DNA from: the human T2T-CHM13v2.0 reference genome, Homo sapiens
Reading direction: 5' to 3' (one strand)
Assembly: GCF_009914755.1 (NCBI RefSeq)
Contig: NC_060944.1
DNA: 64,000 nt
Within the stretch, counting starts at the first letter, position 1, and each line of letters begins with the position of its first letter. This document shows positions 1 through 15,175 of this stretch, one piece after another. The notes beneath the pieces are model-generated. The model saw only the letters and a program-made list of their open reading frames with translations. It had not been told where the DNA came from and did no database searches. Made by a program: the position numbers and the translations under genes.

Positions 1-474
1 GAGCTGGGCTTCCAGGGACTAGAATTGTTCCTGGGGACAGGCTGGGTGCTGACCAGAAGCAAAGGATGACATTTGAGAAGTTACCTGGCTGGCTGCCCGC
101 CTTCTGGGGCCTGTGCTGCGCACTGCAGACCCACGGTCTCCCTTCTGCCCCAGCTCCTCTTGCAGGCTTCTGAGGCAAAAGAACTTCTGCCAGGCCAGGC
201 ATCCCAACTCCCTCTAAAGAAACCCTCAGCAAGATGCTCATTCGGTCCCTCACATCAGTGCCAGGTGAAGAGAACGTGACCGGGGCTATCCTGAGGCTGC
301 GGGTGGCCAGGGACGTAGGAGGGAGAAGGCAGGAGCTCTCTAGGCCAGACTAGAGTTCCATGCTCAGGCGTGAGGCTGTACAGCCCTATGGTACACCTCA
401 GATCTGGGAGAGGGAATTATCTCACCTGTGAGAGTGTGGACAATACTGTCAATAGCAGCTCAGCCCTGGCCTCA

Positions 475-777
475 TGTCAGTTATCAATTGCTGTGTAATG
501 AAGGATCCCCAAGCTTACGGGTCAAAATGATTATTCATTCTATCTCACAAACCTGTGGGTGGACTAGATGGCTCTCCTGCTCCATGTGGTTGGCTAGGGC
601 GACAGGACACTGGAGCTGGAGCATCAAAGACGGCTTCTCTCCATATCCAGAGCTCAACTGAGATGACTGAAACATCTGGGGTTGACTGGGCATCTCTCTT
701 CTTTCTCCATCCATGTGGCCTGTCCATGGAGCTAGCTTGGGCTCCCTCATCACATGGTGGTCTTAGGGGCATCAGGC
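475..777 (-). mobile_element. Old MaLR (MLT1-type) LTR fragment
   Basis: tgtcagttatcaattgctgtgtaa terminus and MLT1-like body; interrupted by Alu. Confidence 0.5.
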
Positions 778-1075
778 TTTTTTTTTTTTTTTTTTGAGAT
801 AGGGTCTCACCTTGTCACCCAGGCTAGCATGCAGTGGCATGATCACGACTCACTGCAGCCTCGACCTCCCTGGGTTCAGGTGATCCTCCCACCTCAACCT
901 CCTGAGTAGCTGGGACTACAGGCACACGCCACCATGTCTGGCTAATTTTTCTATTTTTTTTTTTTTTGTAAAGGATGGGTCTCACTATGTTGTCCAGGCT
1001 GGTCTTGAACTCCTGGGTTCAAGTGATTCACCCACCTCAGCCTCACAAAGTGCTGGGATTACACCATGACCAGCT
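778..1075 (-). mobile_element. Alu (J-like)
   Basis: poly-T followed by reverse Alu dimer. Confidence 0.9.
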
Positions 1076-1095
1076 GAATTGGACTTCTTAACATG

Positions 1096-1580
1096 GTGTG
1101 GCAAGCTGAACAGTCTACCCCCAAAATTCATATCTGCCCAGAACCTCAAAATACGACCTAATGTATGGTTGTATATGACCTCATCTTAACTAGTTATATC
1201 TGCAGAGATGAGAACAAAGTCTTCACAGATGTTAACTAGTTAAGATGAGGTCATACTGGATTAGGTTAAGCCCTAAATCCAACATCAGATGTCCTTCTAA
1301 GGAGGTTGGAAGACAAACAGATACACACAGGGACGAAGGCCATGTGAAGATAGAGGAGGAGACTAGAATTATGCCAACACCAGCCATGAAATGCCAAGGA
1401 CTGCCAGGAGTCAAGAGACAGGCATGGAATAGATTCTCCCCTCAGAGCCTCCAGAAGGACCCAGCCCTGCCAACACCTTGATTTTGGCCTTCTAGCCTCC
1501 AGAACTGAGACAGAATACATTTCTGTTGCCTTAAGCTGCCCAGTTTGTGGTACCTTGTTATGGCAGTGCTGGGAAACTCA
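1096..1580 (+). mobile_element. MLT1B/C-type MaLR LTR
   Basis: gttaagatgaggtcatactggattagg, gagcctccagaagg...gccaacaccttgattttgg, tttgtggtaccttgttatggcag. Confidence 0.8.
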
Positions 1581-1686
1581 CTTGCATGGTGGCTGGGGCC
1601 TGAAGATGCAGCAGAAGCTAACGGCGTCTTAAAGGCTGATCCCAGAACTGACGGAGCATCACCCCGCCATGCTTCATCCGGCAAGG

Positions 1687-1911
1687 CAGGGCCTCTCAGC
1701 GTAGGCCCCATTGACACTGGAATGGTCTCACTCTGTTTGCGGAGGGCAGAGGAATTGGAGGAGGTTGCTCTGTGTTCCAGGATGTTTAGTGGAATCTCTG
1801 GCTTCCACTCATTGTCAGTAGCACCCCCACCAGGCCCAACAACTAAAAGTGTCCCCAGAGATTGCCCAATGTCCCCTGGAGGACAAAGCCACCCTGGATT
1901 GAGAACCACTG
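1687..1911 (-). mobile_element. MER20 hAT DNA transposon
   Basis: Minus strand begins cagtggttctcaa...ccaggggacattgggcaatctctggggacac. Confidence 0.75.
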
Positions 1912-2075
1912 GGTTAAAGTAAGTAACAGGATCAGCACAGCTCCCAGGGCAGGGGCTGTATAAGCGTGGGAACGGCAGCAGGCTCCCTGAGGGCCACCAA
2001 TGGGACAGTCTCCCGCTTCAGGATCACTTGGAACTTGCCTTGAGATTTGCAGGACACAACCCACAATCCCCAGAT

Positions 2076-2367
2076 CTTTTTTTTTTTTTCTTAGAGACAG
2101 AGGTTCACTCTGTTGCTCAGGCTGGAGTGCAGTGGTGCAATCATGGCTCACTGCAGGCTTGAACTCCCAGGCTCAAGGGAGGCCTCAGCCTCCTGAGTAG
2201 CTGGGACTACAGGCACATGCCAATGCATGCCCGGCTAATTTTTATTTTTATTTTTGTAGAGATGGGGGTCTTGCAATGTTGCCCAGACTTGTCTCAAACT
2301 CCAGGGATCAAGTGATTCTCCTGCCACTCAGAGTGCTGGGATGACAGGTATGAGCCACGTGCCTGGC
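2076..2367 (-). mobile_element. Alu (J-like)
   Basis: Reverse Alu dimer. Confidence 0.9.
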
Positions 2368-3346
2368 CCCCCAGAAACCTTGAATCCCTTGTGTTCTACC
2401 TTATGAAGTGAGTCCCAGGTGGGGGTCAGAAGCTGGCATCCAGGTCCAGGACCCCATGGAGAGTTACCTGTGACTTTGGATGCTTCTGCACACTTGTTGC
2501 CAACTTGAGATGCTGAATTCAAACCACCACAGAGCTGCTCCCCGTACCAGGTGAGAAGTGTGGGAAAATGGTTTGAAGCCACGTGGTTTGCCCTGGGCAG
2601 TCTAACGGGCAAGACATGAATGCACATGTGTCTAGGTTGGGCACTGCAAAAAAAGACGCCACATCTAAGGGCAACAGGGCAAACATACTAACTTGCATGA
2701 GTGGCAGAGGTAAAGATTCATGGGCTCCCGCCTGAGTCCTGGAGCAGCACAGGAGAGCCCCTGCCCACCTAAACCAGTGCTGGCAGCCCCAGCCATGCCA
2801 CAGGCTTGGGAGAACACATTCACACTGTGCTGCACCCTCCGCTGCCCAACCCCAAACCTACATTGTGGCCTCGGTGTGGCAGGCTGCTGGCGGGAGCACA
2901 TGCGGCATCTGGGGTAGCTGTGTGTGAAGCACAGAGCGTGGCACCTGTGTGTGCAGCGGAGTTCGCCTGGGAGGAAGCCGCATAGCATTTGCCTGATTTC
3001 TTGTATGTTGCATACACGCTGGACGCTGATTTAGAAGGGCTGTTTTTGGTTGGTTTGTTTTTAAAGGATACATTTTCACATCTCCATCTCTGTAGCCATG
3101 ACCCAAAACAAAATGGAACGTTTCCATCACCCCAATAGTTCCCACGTGCCCTTGTTCCTCAGTGATTTCACCCACCTCCCTCCACACCATCTCCCCAGGT
3201 AACCACCACCCTAACTGTTATTGCCATAAACTGAGTTTGCCTCCTGTTCTATCGTTTTATATAAATGGACTCATATATGGTTATCTTTTCTGTCTGGCTT
3301 TTCTTCAGCACCATTTTACGAGATTCATTCCTGCAGCTGTGTATAG

Positions 3347-3617
<271 letters not shown>

Positions 3618-4569
3618 TCCCTTGTACTTTTTATTGGTGTGCAATATGATAAAAAGAAGCTTGGTTTATGAAACTGCAGTTCCTAACTGGATGCTACTGT
3701 TTAAGGCCCAGTGCCAGAGCCCCTACCCCCTCCTTCTCTCCTTCCCCGAACTCCGTCTTTACACTTTGGCCATGACCACTGTCACCCAATTCACCTAGAG
3801 TGAGCGTCCCATTCCGCCTCAGTCAGCCCCCAGGGCCACCTGTGATTGTTCAGGCTGTGCAATGCCACCCTGACTCCAACAATCCCTGGGGGAGAGGTGA
3901 CGGATATCCTAACTACCCTGCTTCGATTATGATACATGGTATGCATGTACCAAAATATCACATGTACCCCATAAATATTGTATATCAAAGATGGAGAATT
4001 ACTGTAAAAAACAATGACCGGAGGAAGAGAAGCCTTTTTCCAGTTTACACCCTGGCCGTGTCTGGCTGGCAGCAGATTCTCCACTTCCCACAGCCAGAGC
4101 CTTTTAAAAACTGGTTTGGCCCCAATGCCATTGCTGCAGCTGGAACGGGTACAGCTGGCTCATCTAGGATAGAAAGTGCATGGCCAGCTTTGTGTGAAAG
4201 GAGAGGAAACTCTCCCCCTGCACGTAGCTGCTGCTGCTGGATTCCAAATTCCTTGTCCTGTCCTCCTATCTTCCCCATATCCTGCCCCAACTTATCCTTG
4301 AGGCACTGTTCCACTGCAGCCCTGCCCACTCCCGCCAGAGCCATGGGCACACCAGCCACCACCCTTCCAGGGAATGCAGTGCGGCAGAGCACATAGGCCA
4401 CATCGCTGGCCGTTCAGCCACCTCACGCAGCCTCAACTTCCTCATTTGTAAAATGGGCGTAATGACAGCAACTAGCTCATTTGGTGGGAAAACATAAGAT
4501 CATCTAGGTAAAGTCCTGGCACAGTGCCTGGTGCACAAGTCGTCACTGAATATTACCTTTTGGTTGATC

Positions 4570-5381
4570 TGTGCAGGACAGTTCCCCAGGCGGCCTTGGG
4601 CCAACCCATCAACCCAGTTCTCCTTGCCTGCCCCCCACCCCTGCCCACCTCCCCCGCAACTTTTTTTTTGAGACAGAATCTCACTCTGTCACCCAGGCTG
4701 GAGTGCGGTTGTGTGATCTTAGCTCACTGTGCAACCTCCACCTCCTGGGTTCAAGCGATTCTCCTGCCTCAGCTTCCCAAGTAGCTGGGATTACAGATGT
4801 GTGCCACCACACCTGGCTAATTTTTGTATTTTTAGTAGAGTTGGGGTTACACCATGTTGGCCAGGCTGGCCACGAACGCCTGACTTCAAGCGATCCACCC
4901 GCCTTGGCCTCCTGAAGTGCTGGGATTACAGGCGTGAGCCACAATGCCCAGCTACCCACTTTTTTGCTTAAGGTTCTCAGGACTAACTTGGCGTGTGCTG
5001 GGAATGCAATATCCTGAGATACGCAGGAACTGGCTACAACAGCCCAGGCTCTATTCCTCTTTCCCCTACAAACGGGGTATCCTTAGGTGTTTTAGCCCAG
5101 CCTATCGTGTTGCCCCTGAAGTATACAACCTGGGCTGGGCTGTCTTTTGGGGTATCTCAGATGTGGTACAATTGGGGCACACACACAGAGACTCCATTCA
5201 CCCCGGGCAGATTTCCTGAGCCTGGGGGACTGGCTTACAATGAATCCCAGGCTTCTGTTGTCCCTTGCTGCCTGTCTGTAAGTAATAAACCCATTTCATT
5301 TCATGTAACTTGTGTACGTGGGTGTTCTATCTCACCAGATTCAGGCAAGCTGCTCACCAGCACACAGAAACTCTGCTCCAC
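4570..5381 (+). mobile_element. ERVL-class solo LTR (MER54/73/74-like) interrupted by a minus-strand Alu (4661-4952)
   Basis: tgtgcaggacag...ccaca termini, TATA-like gtatacaacc, aataaa at about 5284. Confidence 0.6.
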
Positions 5382-5496
5382 AACCTGGGATCTAGTTGAA
5401 ACTCCGGCACTAGTGCCAATTTGAGAGGGCTCAATGTCTGGGTAAAAATACACTTCTACCCCTGTCCTTCAGTTTCCCCATCTATAAAAGAGATGG

Positions 5497-5645
5497 TATG
5501 CCTGTAATCCCAGCACCTTGGGAGGCCGAGGTGGATGGATCACTTGAGACCAGGAGTTCAGGACCAGCCTGGCCAACATGGCAAAACCTCATCCCTACTA
5601 AAAATACAAAAATTAGCCAGGTGTGGTAGTGCATGCCTGTGGTAC
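5497..5645 (+). mobile_element. Alu left monomer fragment
   Basis: gcctgtaatcccagcac...aaaatacaaaaattagcc. Confidence 0.85.
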
Positions 5646-6679
5646 AGGTAACCCATAAAGTCACTTCCAAACCTCACATTCTATAAAGCTGTGATTCCCA
5701 GAGGCTGAGAGCTCACCACCACCTTTTTTGTACTTTCATTTTAAATATTTAAATCTTCAATCCATTTGCGAGTGACTTTAGTGCAAAGTATGAGCCATGG
5801 ATCTAAGTTTACTTTTTCCCCAAATGGTTGCCCAGTTGTCTCTTTGCTATGTATTAAAGGTTCCATTTCAACTTTTTGAGTGACACTCCTTTAATTAGAA
5901 AATTGGGTCCATTTCTGGATTTTAAAAATCTTATTCCATTGATCCATTGATTTTAGTGTAGATTTTTAATACAATGAAGTATTTTTGTGGGTGAAGCAAC
6001 CTCTAGTTTCTTTCTGAAATATTTTAGATGTATAAACAGTACAGAGAGAATATAACTAGCACCTAGGCAACCTCCACCAATCTTAAACTTCAGTCAGAAC
6101 TCAACTCCCCACACACAGTTATAGTCAAAGTTCCCATGTGTTTCATTCTGCCAGTTTCCATCCTCCTCTGAAAGTAGCTGCTTCGAGTTTGTTTTTTTAA
6201 TCATTTCCATTATTTAAACACAAATGTAAATATCCACGATATATAATATTGCTTTATGTGTTTTAGAATTTTATGTAAATTTCTCATACTATAAATATCA
6301 TTTTCCACTTACAGGTTTTTGAGATATATGTAATGTTGGTATATGTAGCTTCTCATTCTCATGGCTCTAAGAATTAAATGAGATAATCCTTGTATGCAAT
6401 TAGAAGTGTCTGGAATGTGATAAACAAGGTTAGCTGTCATTATCAATGTCACTAATCATTATTTTTATTATCACCATTCCCACCAAAGGGATCAGAGGTT
6501 CACACATGACATTGTTGAGGAGCAGCAAAATGGAGCCACAATTTCTTTTAGGATAACAGGAGCCATTTTCCCTGCTCTGAGGTATGTTTGGATGGAAACA
6601 TTGGGCTCCTTGTCAGCTGTTCCCTGGTGCTGTGCACAGCTTGCAGGAACGGCTCTGATTTTGTTTAATGACTCTGACA

Positions 6680-7092
6680 AGAACGCCAGACTTGGCCATG
6701 TGACTTGCTCTAGCCAATGAGACAGCAGCAAACATTATGCAAGCAGAAACTTGAAAAGTGCTTGCTCATTGGCCTTGCCCTCTCACTGCTCTTGGTCAGA
6801 CCCATCACCATGAGAACAAGCCCATGCTAGCCTGTTGGATGATGAGAGACCCTGCAGAGAAAAGGAAGGTGCCCCAGCTGACATCAGAAAGCCCTGTGCC
6901 CATCCAGCAGCCAACTTCAGATGTACGAGTGAGTTCCAGCTGAGATAAACCAAACTTGGCGAAATCGCAGAACTGCCCACATGAACCTACCCCAAACTGC
7001 CATCCCACAGAGCTGTGAGCTCAATAAATAGTTGTTGTATTAAGTCACAGAGTCTGGGGTGGTTTGTTGTGCTGCATAAGCTAGCTGATACA
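6680..7092 (+). mobile_element. MLT1-type MaLR LTR
   Basis: ggccatgtgacttgctctagccaatg...aataaatagttgttg...ctgataca. Confidence 0.7.
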
Positions 7093-8816
7093 CCTGGTTA
7101 TCTGACATCTCCAGCAATTACTGACCTGTATTTGCAGACTTAACTCTTGGTTACATGACCAGAAAACAATATTCCACGTGCATGAACCACAATCCACAAG
7201 AGACAGGCTCCCTTTCAGAAACATCAAACGATGTTCAACATTTGGCAGGTCTGAAAAGCTCTCATCCATACCATGAGTGTATAAAACATGCCTTGACCCA
7301 TGATAATCACCAAGGGGCACTTTCTGGGGGTTGGTGCTATCCCCCCCAAATAGCAGACTCTTCCCAAGGGAATCACAGGTGATGTATAGGTGTTTCTAAC
7401 TGGTCCTAATCCCAAATCCATGTCTGAAACCTCACCTTATACCTACATATTAACTTCATGGGTGCAAACACCACACCTGGTCATACCAGAAACCAGAGTT
7501 CCCAAAAAGGGTAAATGTCCTTCTGTACACAGCAAAGGCATGTTGGGCCATGCCTAGAGGAAAAGGAGGCAGAGGCTGCAGAGCTGGAAGCTCAGCTGTT
7601 TTGAGGCCCTGGGCTGACAGATCTTTGTCCACAGCCTTGCCAGGAAATGCCCCACAGTCCCACATTTGGAAGTGAACAAGCTGGAAGGGTGATTTTCCAA
7701 CTGGACACAGCTGGTGACGATCAAGATAGTGACCCTGGATAACTGCCCTCAGACTCTGCAAGGCCAATTCTCACCATAGGTGGAGTTATTTGCCTGCATA
7801 AGCGATGGTCAGGCCCTCTCTCCTGCCCCCAGACACAGAGGAGGGACCATGCGCTTCCTGACATTGTGGCTTCAAATGCCACAACCACAAGGGCCATCCA
7901 CTTAGGGACAACATTGGTGTCTGCCTCAGGAAGTCCCTTCCCACTCCACCTGCCTGGGAACACGCCCTCTGATGTGACAGCTTCTGGACTCATGTTATAA
8001 ACAAGTCCTTTTTTAAGGGCCTGAAACATTGGAATAGAACCACCACCAACCCTGGAAAAAAAATGCAAATCTAAAATACCAAGTACTATACAAAGGTGCT
8101 CTAATTATTCTTGGTTCAAAATGATTCACAAGAGGAAAGGGAACCGACTCCGTATGTACGCGTGTCTATCTGAGAAAGAATAAGAGACGCTTTCTCTATG
8201 CGCATGCTTCCCAAAAATTAATGAATGAAATCTCTCATCCTAGTCCTTTACAGATTTATCTAAGGTTTCTTCCTGTGTTTGAATTCCTCTATTAGAAAAA
8301 AATTAATCAAAGCAATACATCCCTATGGCTAGAAATTAAATATTTACGGACCTATTATAGAAAGCAGTAATTTGCCACCCCCTCTCTCCACACCAACGCA
8401 ACTCTCACAGTGTAATTCCTGATGACTACCTAGTATAACTCTAAGTAATATATTTATACCATTCTTTCTTGATTTATCAGCTCTGACATTACTTCTTCCC
8501 AAATTCCTCTAAAGGTTTTGAAAGATTACTTTGATTCCACCCCCCCCTTAGAAACATCACACCTTTAAACAATGCACTTAAACCTCAATTAATTGAGCTT
8601 TTCTATTATAACTTTTGTCTCCCTACTGCTATTGATGAACTTAACTCCCTTCTACCTCCCCACCCTTCTTTCATTTTATACCTTTCTATGTCTGTTAGCT
8701 GCATCATAACTTTCACCTGTAATTAACTCCTTAATTGCCAGGCACTATTCTCTGTACTGGGGATACAGCCTTCGAGAAGACAATAACATTCCTTCTGTCA
8801 TGGAAATGACCCTTTA

Positions 8817-9247
<431 letters not shown>

Positions 9248-9617
9248 ACCTAACTGGGGAGGTCACAGAAGGTCTCGCCCAGCAGACGGCACTTGAGCTG
9301 AAGCCCTGTGAATCTTAAGGTTGTCCAGTCTGACTGTGGGAGCAGACACTGTTCCTGGTCCTGAGGGAGCATGTCTTCCCCCGGTCTCACATAGTTCCAT
9401 CTCACACATGCACTGATCAGCAATCTGCCAAGTAAGGGAGACACTCTGCAAACACCTGGGGTGCTGTGTGTAATTCTCTTCTCTCTGGGACTCTGTCCTG
9501 AGAAATCTGCCTACCTTGGTTTTCCCAGGCTCTCAGCCAGTGTCCTCAACTCACGGATTCTGCCAAGTTCCCTGTCTCGGCACTGCGACCTGAAAACTCA
9601 CTGGGTCAATTGTAGAC

Positions 9618-10220
9618 TGTATTAGCCTGGGCTGCCACGACAAAAGATCACAGACAGGGCGGCTTCAACAACAGACATTATGCTCTTCCACTTCTGGAGG
9701 CTGGAAGTCCATCATCAAGATGACAGCAAATTCAGTTTCTGTTGAGAACCTGCCCCCTGCTGGTAAATGTCCTTCCATGACTTTACTCTGTAAAAAGTCT
9801 TTACTCTGTAAAGTCTTTACTCTGTAAAAAGTCTTTACTCTGTAAAGTCTGTCTTTACTCTGTAAAGTCTTTACTCTGTGCTTGCACTGGGGAAAGGAGA
9901 GATTTTTAGTGTGTGCGTGTGTGTTTTAGTTAAAGAGGCAGGGTCTCTCTCAGTTGCCTAGGCTGGTCTCAAACTCCTGGGCTCAAGCAATTCTCCCATC
10001 TCAGCCTCCCAAAGTGCTTGGATTATAGGCGTGAGCCACTATGCCTCACCTCTTCCTTTTCTTATAAGGACACCAATCCTATCTGACTAGGGTCCCACAC
10101 TTATGACCTCATTTAACCTTAATTACTTCCCTGAAGACCCTATCTCCAAATATATTTATATTGAAGGTTAGGACTTCAACATATGAATTAAGGTGAGAGG
10201 GGCACAATTCTGTCCATAAC
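9618..10220 (-). mobile_element. MaLR LTR (MLT1A/MSTD-like) containing a minisatellite and an Alu monomer (9924-10049)
   Basis: tgtattagcc start, ttctggaggctggaagtcc, atgacctcatttaaccttaattac. Confidence 0.7.
9781..9879. repeat. 16/18-bp tandem repeat CTTTACTCTGTAAA(AA)GT, about 5.7 copies
   Basis: Read directly. Confidence 0.92.
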
Positions 10221-10476
10221 CGGGCTCACTCCATTTGTCTCCCACTTCTCAGCGATCACTGTCCTTTGTTGATCGATGTACAGTGTCTTGCAAACCATTG
10301 TTTAGTCCCTTCTTTTGTTGATCCAGAAGGGAAGTTACCTCTTGGCTGGTCTTAGATTTTCACATTTATATGCATAAAATAGTCTCAATATTTTTTTCGT
10401 TTTTGTTTTATGGTCATTTGCAGTATTTTGTATGTTCCTGCTTTTTTATTACACTAGCTAGTATTTTTTTTCATAG

Positions 10477-10905
<429 letters not shown>

Positions 10906-11689
10906 TAACTGTGAGTTGAAAATTAAACTTTTTTCTTTGTAATATATTTATTGCTATACCTATTCAATGGTAGGAGTTCTTAGCTAAGCACTGTATTGGC
11001 TGTGTCCCCCAGTGATTCTGGTATGTTTTTATTCATAATAAAGCTTTTAATTTCAATAAAACATACATCCAGAAAATGCACACGTCTTGAGACAGCTGAC
11101 AAACCTATTACAAAGTGAATATACTCATGAAACCAACACCTGGATCAAAAATAGGACATTGCCAGCATCCTAAAAATTCCCACTGCGCCACTTCCCAATA
11201 TCCCTCCATCCCCCAAGCAACTTCTAACACAATAGATTACGAATGTTTTTGAACATTATGTAAGTGATATCATGACGGAGTCTCTTAGGTCTGTCTAGTT
11301 TCACCCAGCATTATGTTTGTATAATTTGTCCATGTTTCTGCATGTAGAAGAAAAATCTGTTACGTTTTTGTTATGACTGAAATAAATAGAAAATGCAAAA
11401 CTGCTCCTTAAAATCTGTTATTACAAATGTTCCAAGCAGATTTCATGATTTGGTGAAGAGGTTGAATAGCTTACCCAATAATATGCAACAGATTAAAGAG
11501 AGGAAGTACTCCAAAGTCACATCACAAAAATAGATGCCTACATAAGTGGAAATAAACTAAAAATTTAATAATTGACATAACCTTTACACAATCTGTATTA
11601 TTTTGACTTTCAAAAAATTGCTAAAATGAAGTCTACATTTATCAAGTTTGCTCATGCAGGGATTATGCACAATAAACATACATCCCCTT

Positions 11690-12198
<509 letters not shown>

Positions 12199-12349
12199 CT
12201 AGCTCTAAAACATAACATGATCCTAAATATATTTAGACAACCAAAAATGATATCAGAGACATGAGAAAATCTGGCAAGATAGTGATTTCAAGAGGTGGAC
12301 CCAGCTCACCCTCTGTATTCATTTTCTACTATTTTACTATTAAATTTCC

Positions 12350-12796
12350 TGGTATTAAAAATTACCAAAACGTAGTGGATTAAAACAACACAAATGTCTT
12401 ACCTTACCTTATTATCTCATAGTTTTGTGGGCCAGAGTCCAGCAAGGGTCTCACTGGGCTGAGATTAAGGTGTCAGCAGGGCCGTGTGCCTTTCAGGAAG
12501 CTGTAGGAGGGTACCTGCTTCCTGGCCTCTTCCAGCCTCCAGAGACCCCCTTCCTCCATCTTCAAAGCCGGCAACATAGTGTGTAGGTGACCCTACTTCC
12601 ATCACCACGTCCCTTTCTCCGACCGCAGCTGCCACTGGTTGTCTGCTCTTAAGGAGCCGTGTGATTAGATTGGATCCACCTGGATAATCCAGGCTACTCG
12701 CCCCAACTCAAGGACAGATGATAGCAACTTTAGTCAATTCCCTTTTGCCATGCAAGGTAACATGCTCACAGGTGCTGGGGAGTAGGACGTGGACAT
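12350..12796 (-). mobile_element. MLT1C/D-type MaLR LTR
   Basis: aaggtgtcagcagggcc, cctggcctcttccagcctccaga, ttccctttgccatg. Confidence 0.7.
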
Positions 12797-13100
12797 TGTA
12801 TTAGGCCATTCTTGCCTTGCTATAAAGGAACACCTGAGACTGGGTAATTTACAAGAAAAGAGGTTTAATTGGCTCATGGTTCTATAGGTTTACAGTTTCA
12901 AAGATGGCATCAGCATCTATCCAGCTTCTGGGGAGGCTTTGAGGGGGCTTTTACTCATGGCGGAAGATGAAGGGAAGCAGTCTGTTACATGGTGACAGCA
13001 GGAGAAAGAGAGGGAGGTGGAGTGGGAGGGAGGGGGGTGCCACACACCTTTAAACAATCAGATCTTCTGATAACTCACTCACTGTCACCAGGACAGCACC
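12797..13100 (-). mobile_element. MST(B-like) MaLR LTR, truncated
   Basis: tgtattaggccattcttgccttgctataaagg...gagactgggtaattta; ends abruptly at 13100. Confidence 0.8.
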
Positions 13101-13932
13101 CTCTTTTCCACAATCTTGATGGAGTAACTCCAATTCTAGAGCTAGCAGGTTAGTGAAGCTTAGAAAGGGCATTTGATTTTGTTTTTAATCATCCCTATCC
13201 AGCTCCTGTCCTGTTCCCCAAATCTCCAGGGCTCAAAGCCTAGATGATCCTTTATTTCCTATAAAACAAAACATGCGATGGCAAAAGCTCATGTCTCCAC
13301 CAGGCCTTAAGACCAAGGACTTCCTGGGCTCCCTGAGGGAGTCTGCTCAGTGGATGCTTTTGAATTATCTATACCAGGGACTGGCAAACCTTTTCTGTAA
13401 GGGACAGAAAGGAAATATTTTAGGCTTTGCGGGCCACATGGTATCTATCACAACTATTCTGTTACCAGATGGAGGGCCTTGAGTGTGAGTTGTCCGGGTC
13501 CTCAGTGTTTTGAACAAAGAATTGGACAAAACACACAAAGTGACAAACGAATGAAACAAAGCAACAAAGCAGTGAAAGCAGGGAATGATATTTTATTTTA
13601 TTCATTTATTTATTTTTGAGACAGAGTCTCACTCTGTCGCCCAGGCTGGAGTGCAGTGGTGTGATCTTGGCTCACTGCAACCTCTGCCTCCCGGACTCAC
13701 GCCATTCTCCGAAAGCGAGATTTATTAAAGTGGAAAGCGCTCCACAGGTGGGAGTGGGCCCAAGCAAGCAGCTCACGGGCCTGGTTACGAAGTTTTCTGG
13801 GTTTTAACGTCTCCTTTTGAGGGCCCTATCGGCTACAAAAATGAGTACCAAACTCATGTCTTGCTTTATAGAAAATAAAGGATCATCTAGGCTTTGGATC
13901 CTGGAGATTTGGGGAACAGGACAGGAGCCGGA

Positions 13933-15175
13933 TGTCAGGTCCACAACTACGCCAAATGTCCTGCTTGGGGTCAGGTTCGGGCCCATACTGAGGTCCAAGG
14001 GGAGTGGGCGGATGGGCAGATAGGTGAAAAACACTGGGTGGGTGCCATAGGCAGGTGAAATGTAGTTTTATTCAGCAGCTCTCTCATCAACAGCTCTTAC
14101 ACACTCTTCTCTCATCAGTAGTTTTCTCACACTGTCCGCCCTGTTTTAGCTGCTTGAGTGGGCTGCTCCCATACACCGCTGTGCTGCCGGCTCTCCCTTG
14201 CCTTCAGGGTCAGCAGCTTAACTCTTTCTCTGGGCACAAGCTGGTTCCGGGCTCCCCACTGCCCACCTGCAAGACGGACAGCTTTGGCTCTCTCTTCCTC
14301 TGGGCACCAGCGCACCCAACCACGTCAAGCCATGCCCAAGAGCCAAGCCCAGCCATGTCCCCAGAGCCCCGTGCAGTGTCAGCAGGGCAGTCATACCTTT
14401 TACAGACAATAGTGGCGTAGAGCCAAGTATGAACTTACACAAACAGTTATATAACAAGTGGAGGTGTGAGCCTGCACCCCAACCCTGCTGAGTCATGCAG
14501 GCCTGGATGTCTGCCTCGGCCTATTCCTTGACCAAAGCACATCCATGTGAAGGAAATAATGTATACAGTGGTCCATTTCCAAGATAAAGTGCCTTGAATT
14601 GGCTTAGGTCAGCAAACTACAGAAGAAACAAGATATACTAGGCCCCTGCTTGGATAGCCGATGCCTGCTTGTCGGCCTCTCCCTTCTCCCCTTCCTCCCT
14701 TGCTTAGTTGCCCTCACTCAAACCAAAGACATTTAGTCTAAAATGAAAGTTTACTAGCCTGCAAAATAGCTCACTTTGTCAGTTCTTATCGGCCTGCCCA
14801 GCTACTTAGGTCATTAGGTCATAAGACAAATGCTTAAAAAGCCCCTGAGCTAACTAGGCTTGCAATACATTGTGGGCTGCAACAAAATGCCGCAAGACAA
14901 CCCTAAAAAAGAACACCTAAAGCCCCTACCCACCATCACTAGGCGAAGTCCGGGAAGAGTGTGACCCCACAGTACTCAGCCTTTGAGGAACCGGTGGAGA
15001 GACCTGTGCACTAGAGGATGAATTGCTTGTTGTGACTGCGCTGGGTGTGCCTGCTCATTAGACACCCAGTCTTGCAAGACCGTCATTAAAAGTCTCACTT
15101 TCACTATTCTCTGGGTCTCTAAGTCAATTCTTGAGTTCGAACGCATGAATTTGTTCCTCACACATGTACCTTACA
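13933..15175 (-). mobile_element. LTR18-like ERVL solo LTR (13933-14547 plus 15167-15175)
   Basis: Reconstituted start tgtaaggtacatggatgtgctttggtcaaggaatagg; 5-bp TSD ccgga/ctgga. Confidence 0.7.
14548..15162 (+). mobile_element. ERV1-class solo LTR (LTR10-like; subfamily uncertain)
   Basis: tg...ca termini, exact 4-bp TSD catg (14544-14547, 15163-15166), attaaa near the 3' end. Confidence 0.7.

Noticed and set aside
3800-4396. 198-aa ORF
   Set aside because: Non-ATG start, crosses an L1 3'-end fragment, no recognisable domain
7100-8000. Possible degenerate ERVL pol remnant (SAQ...AEL.AL-like peptide on the minus strand)
   Set aside because: Similarity too weak to support by eye; needs a Dfam or tblastx search
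14548-15162. p53 response element in the LTR10-like LTR
   Set aside because: No convincing paired RRRCWWGYYY found by eye and subfamily uncertain
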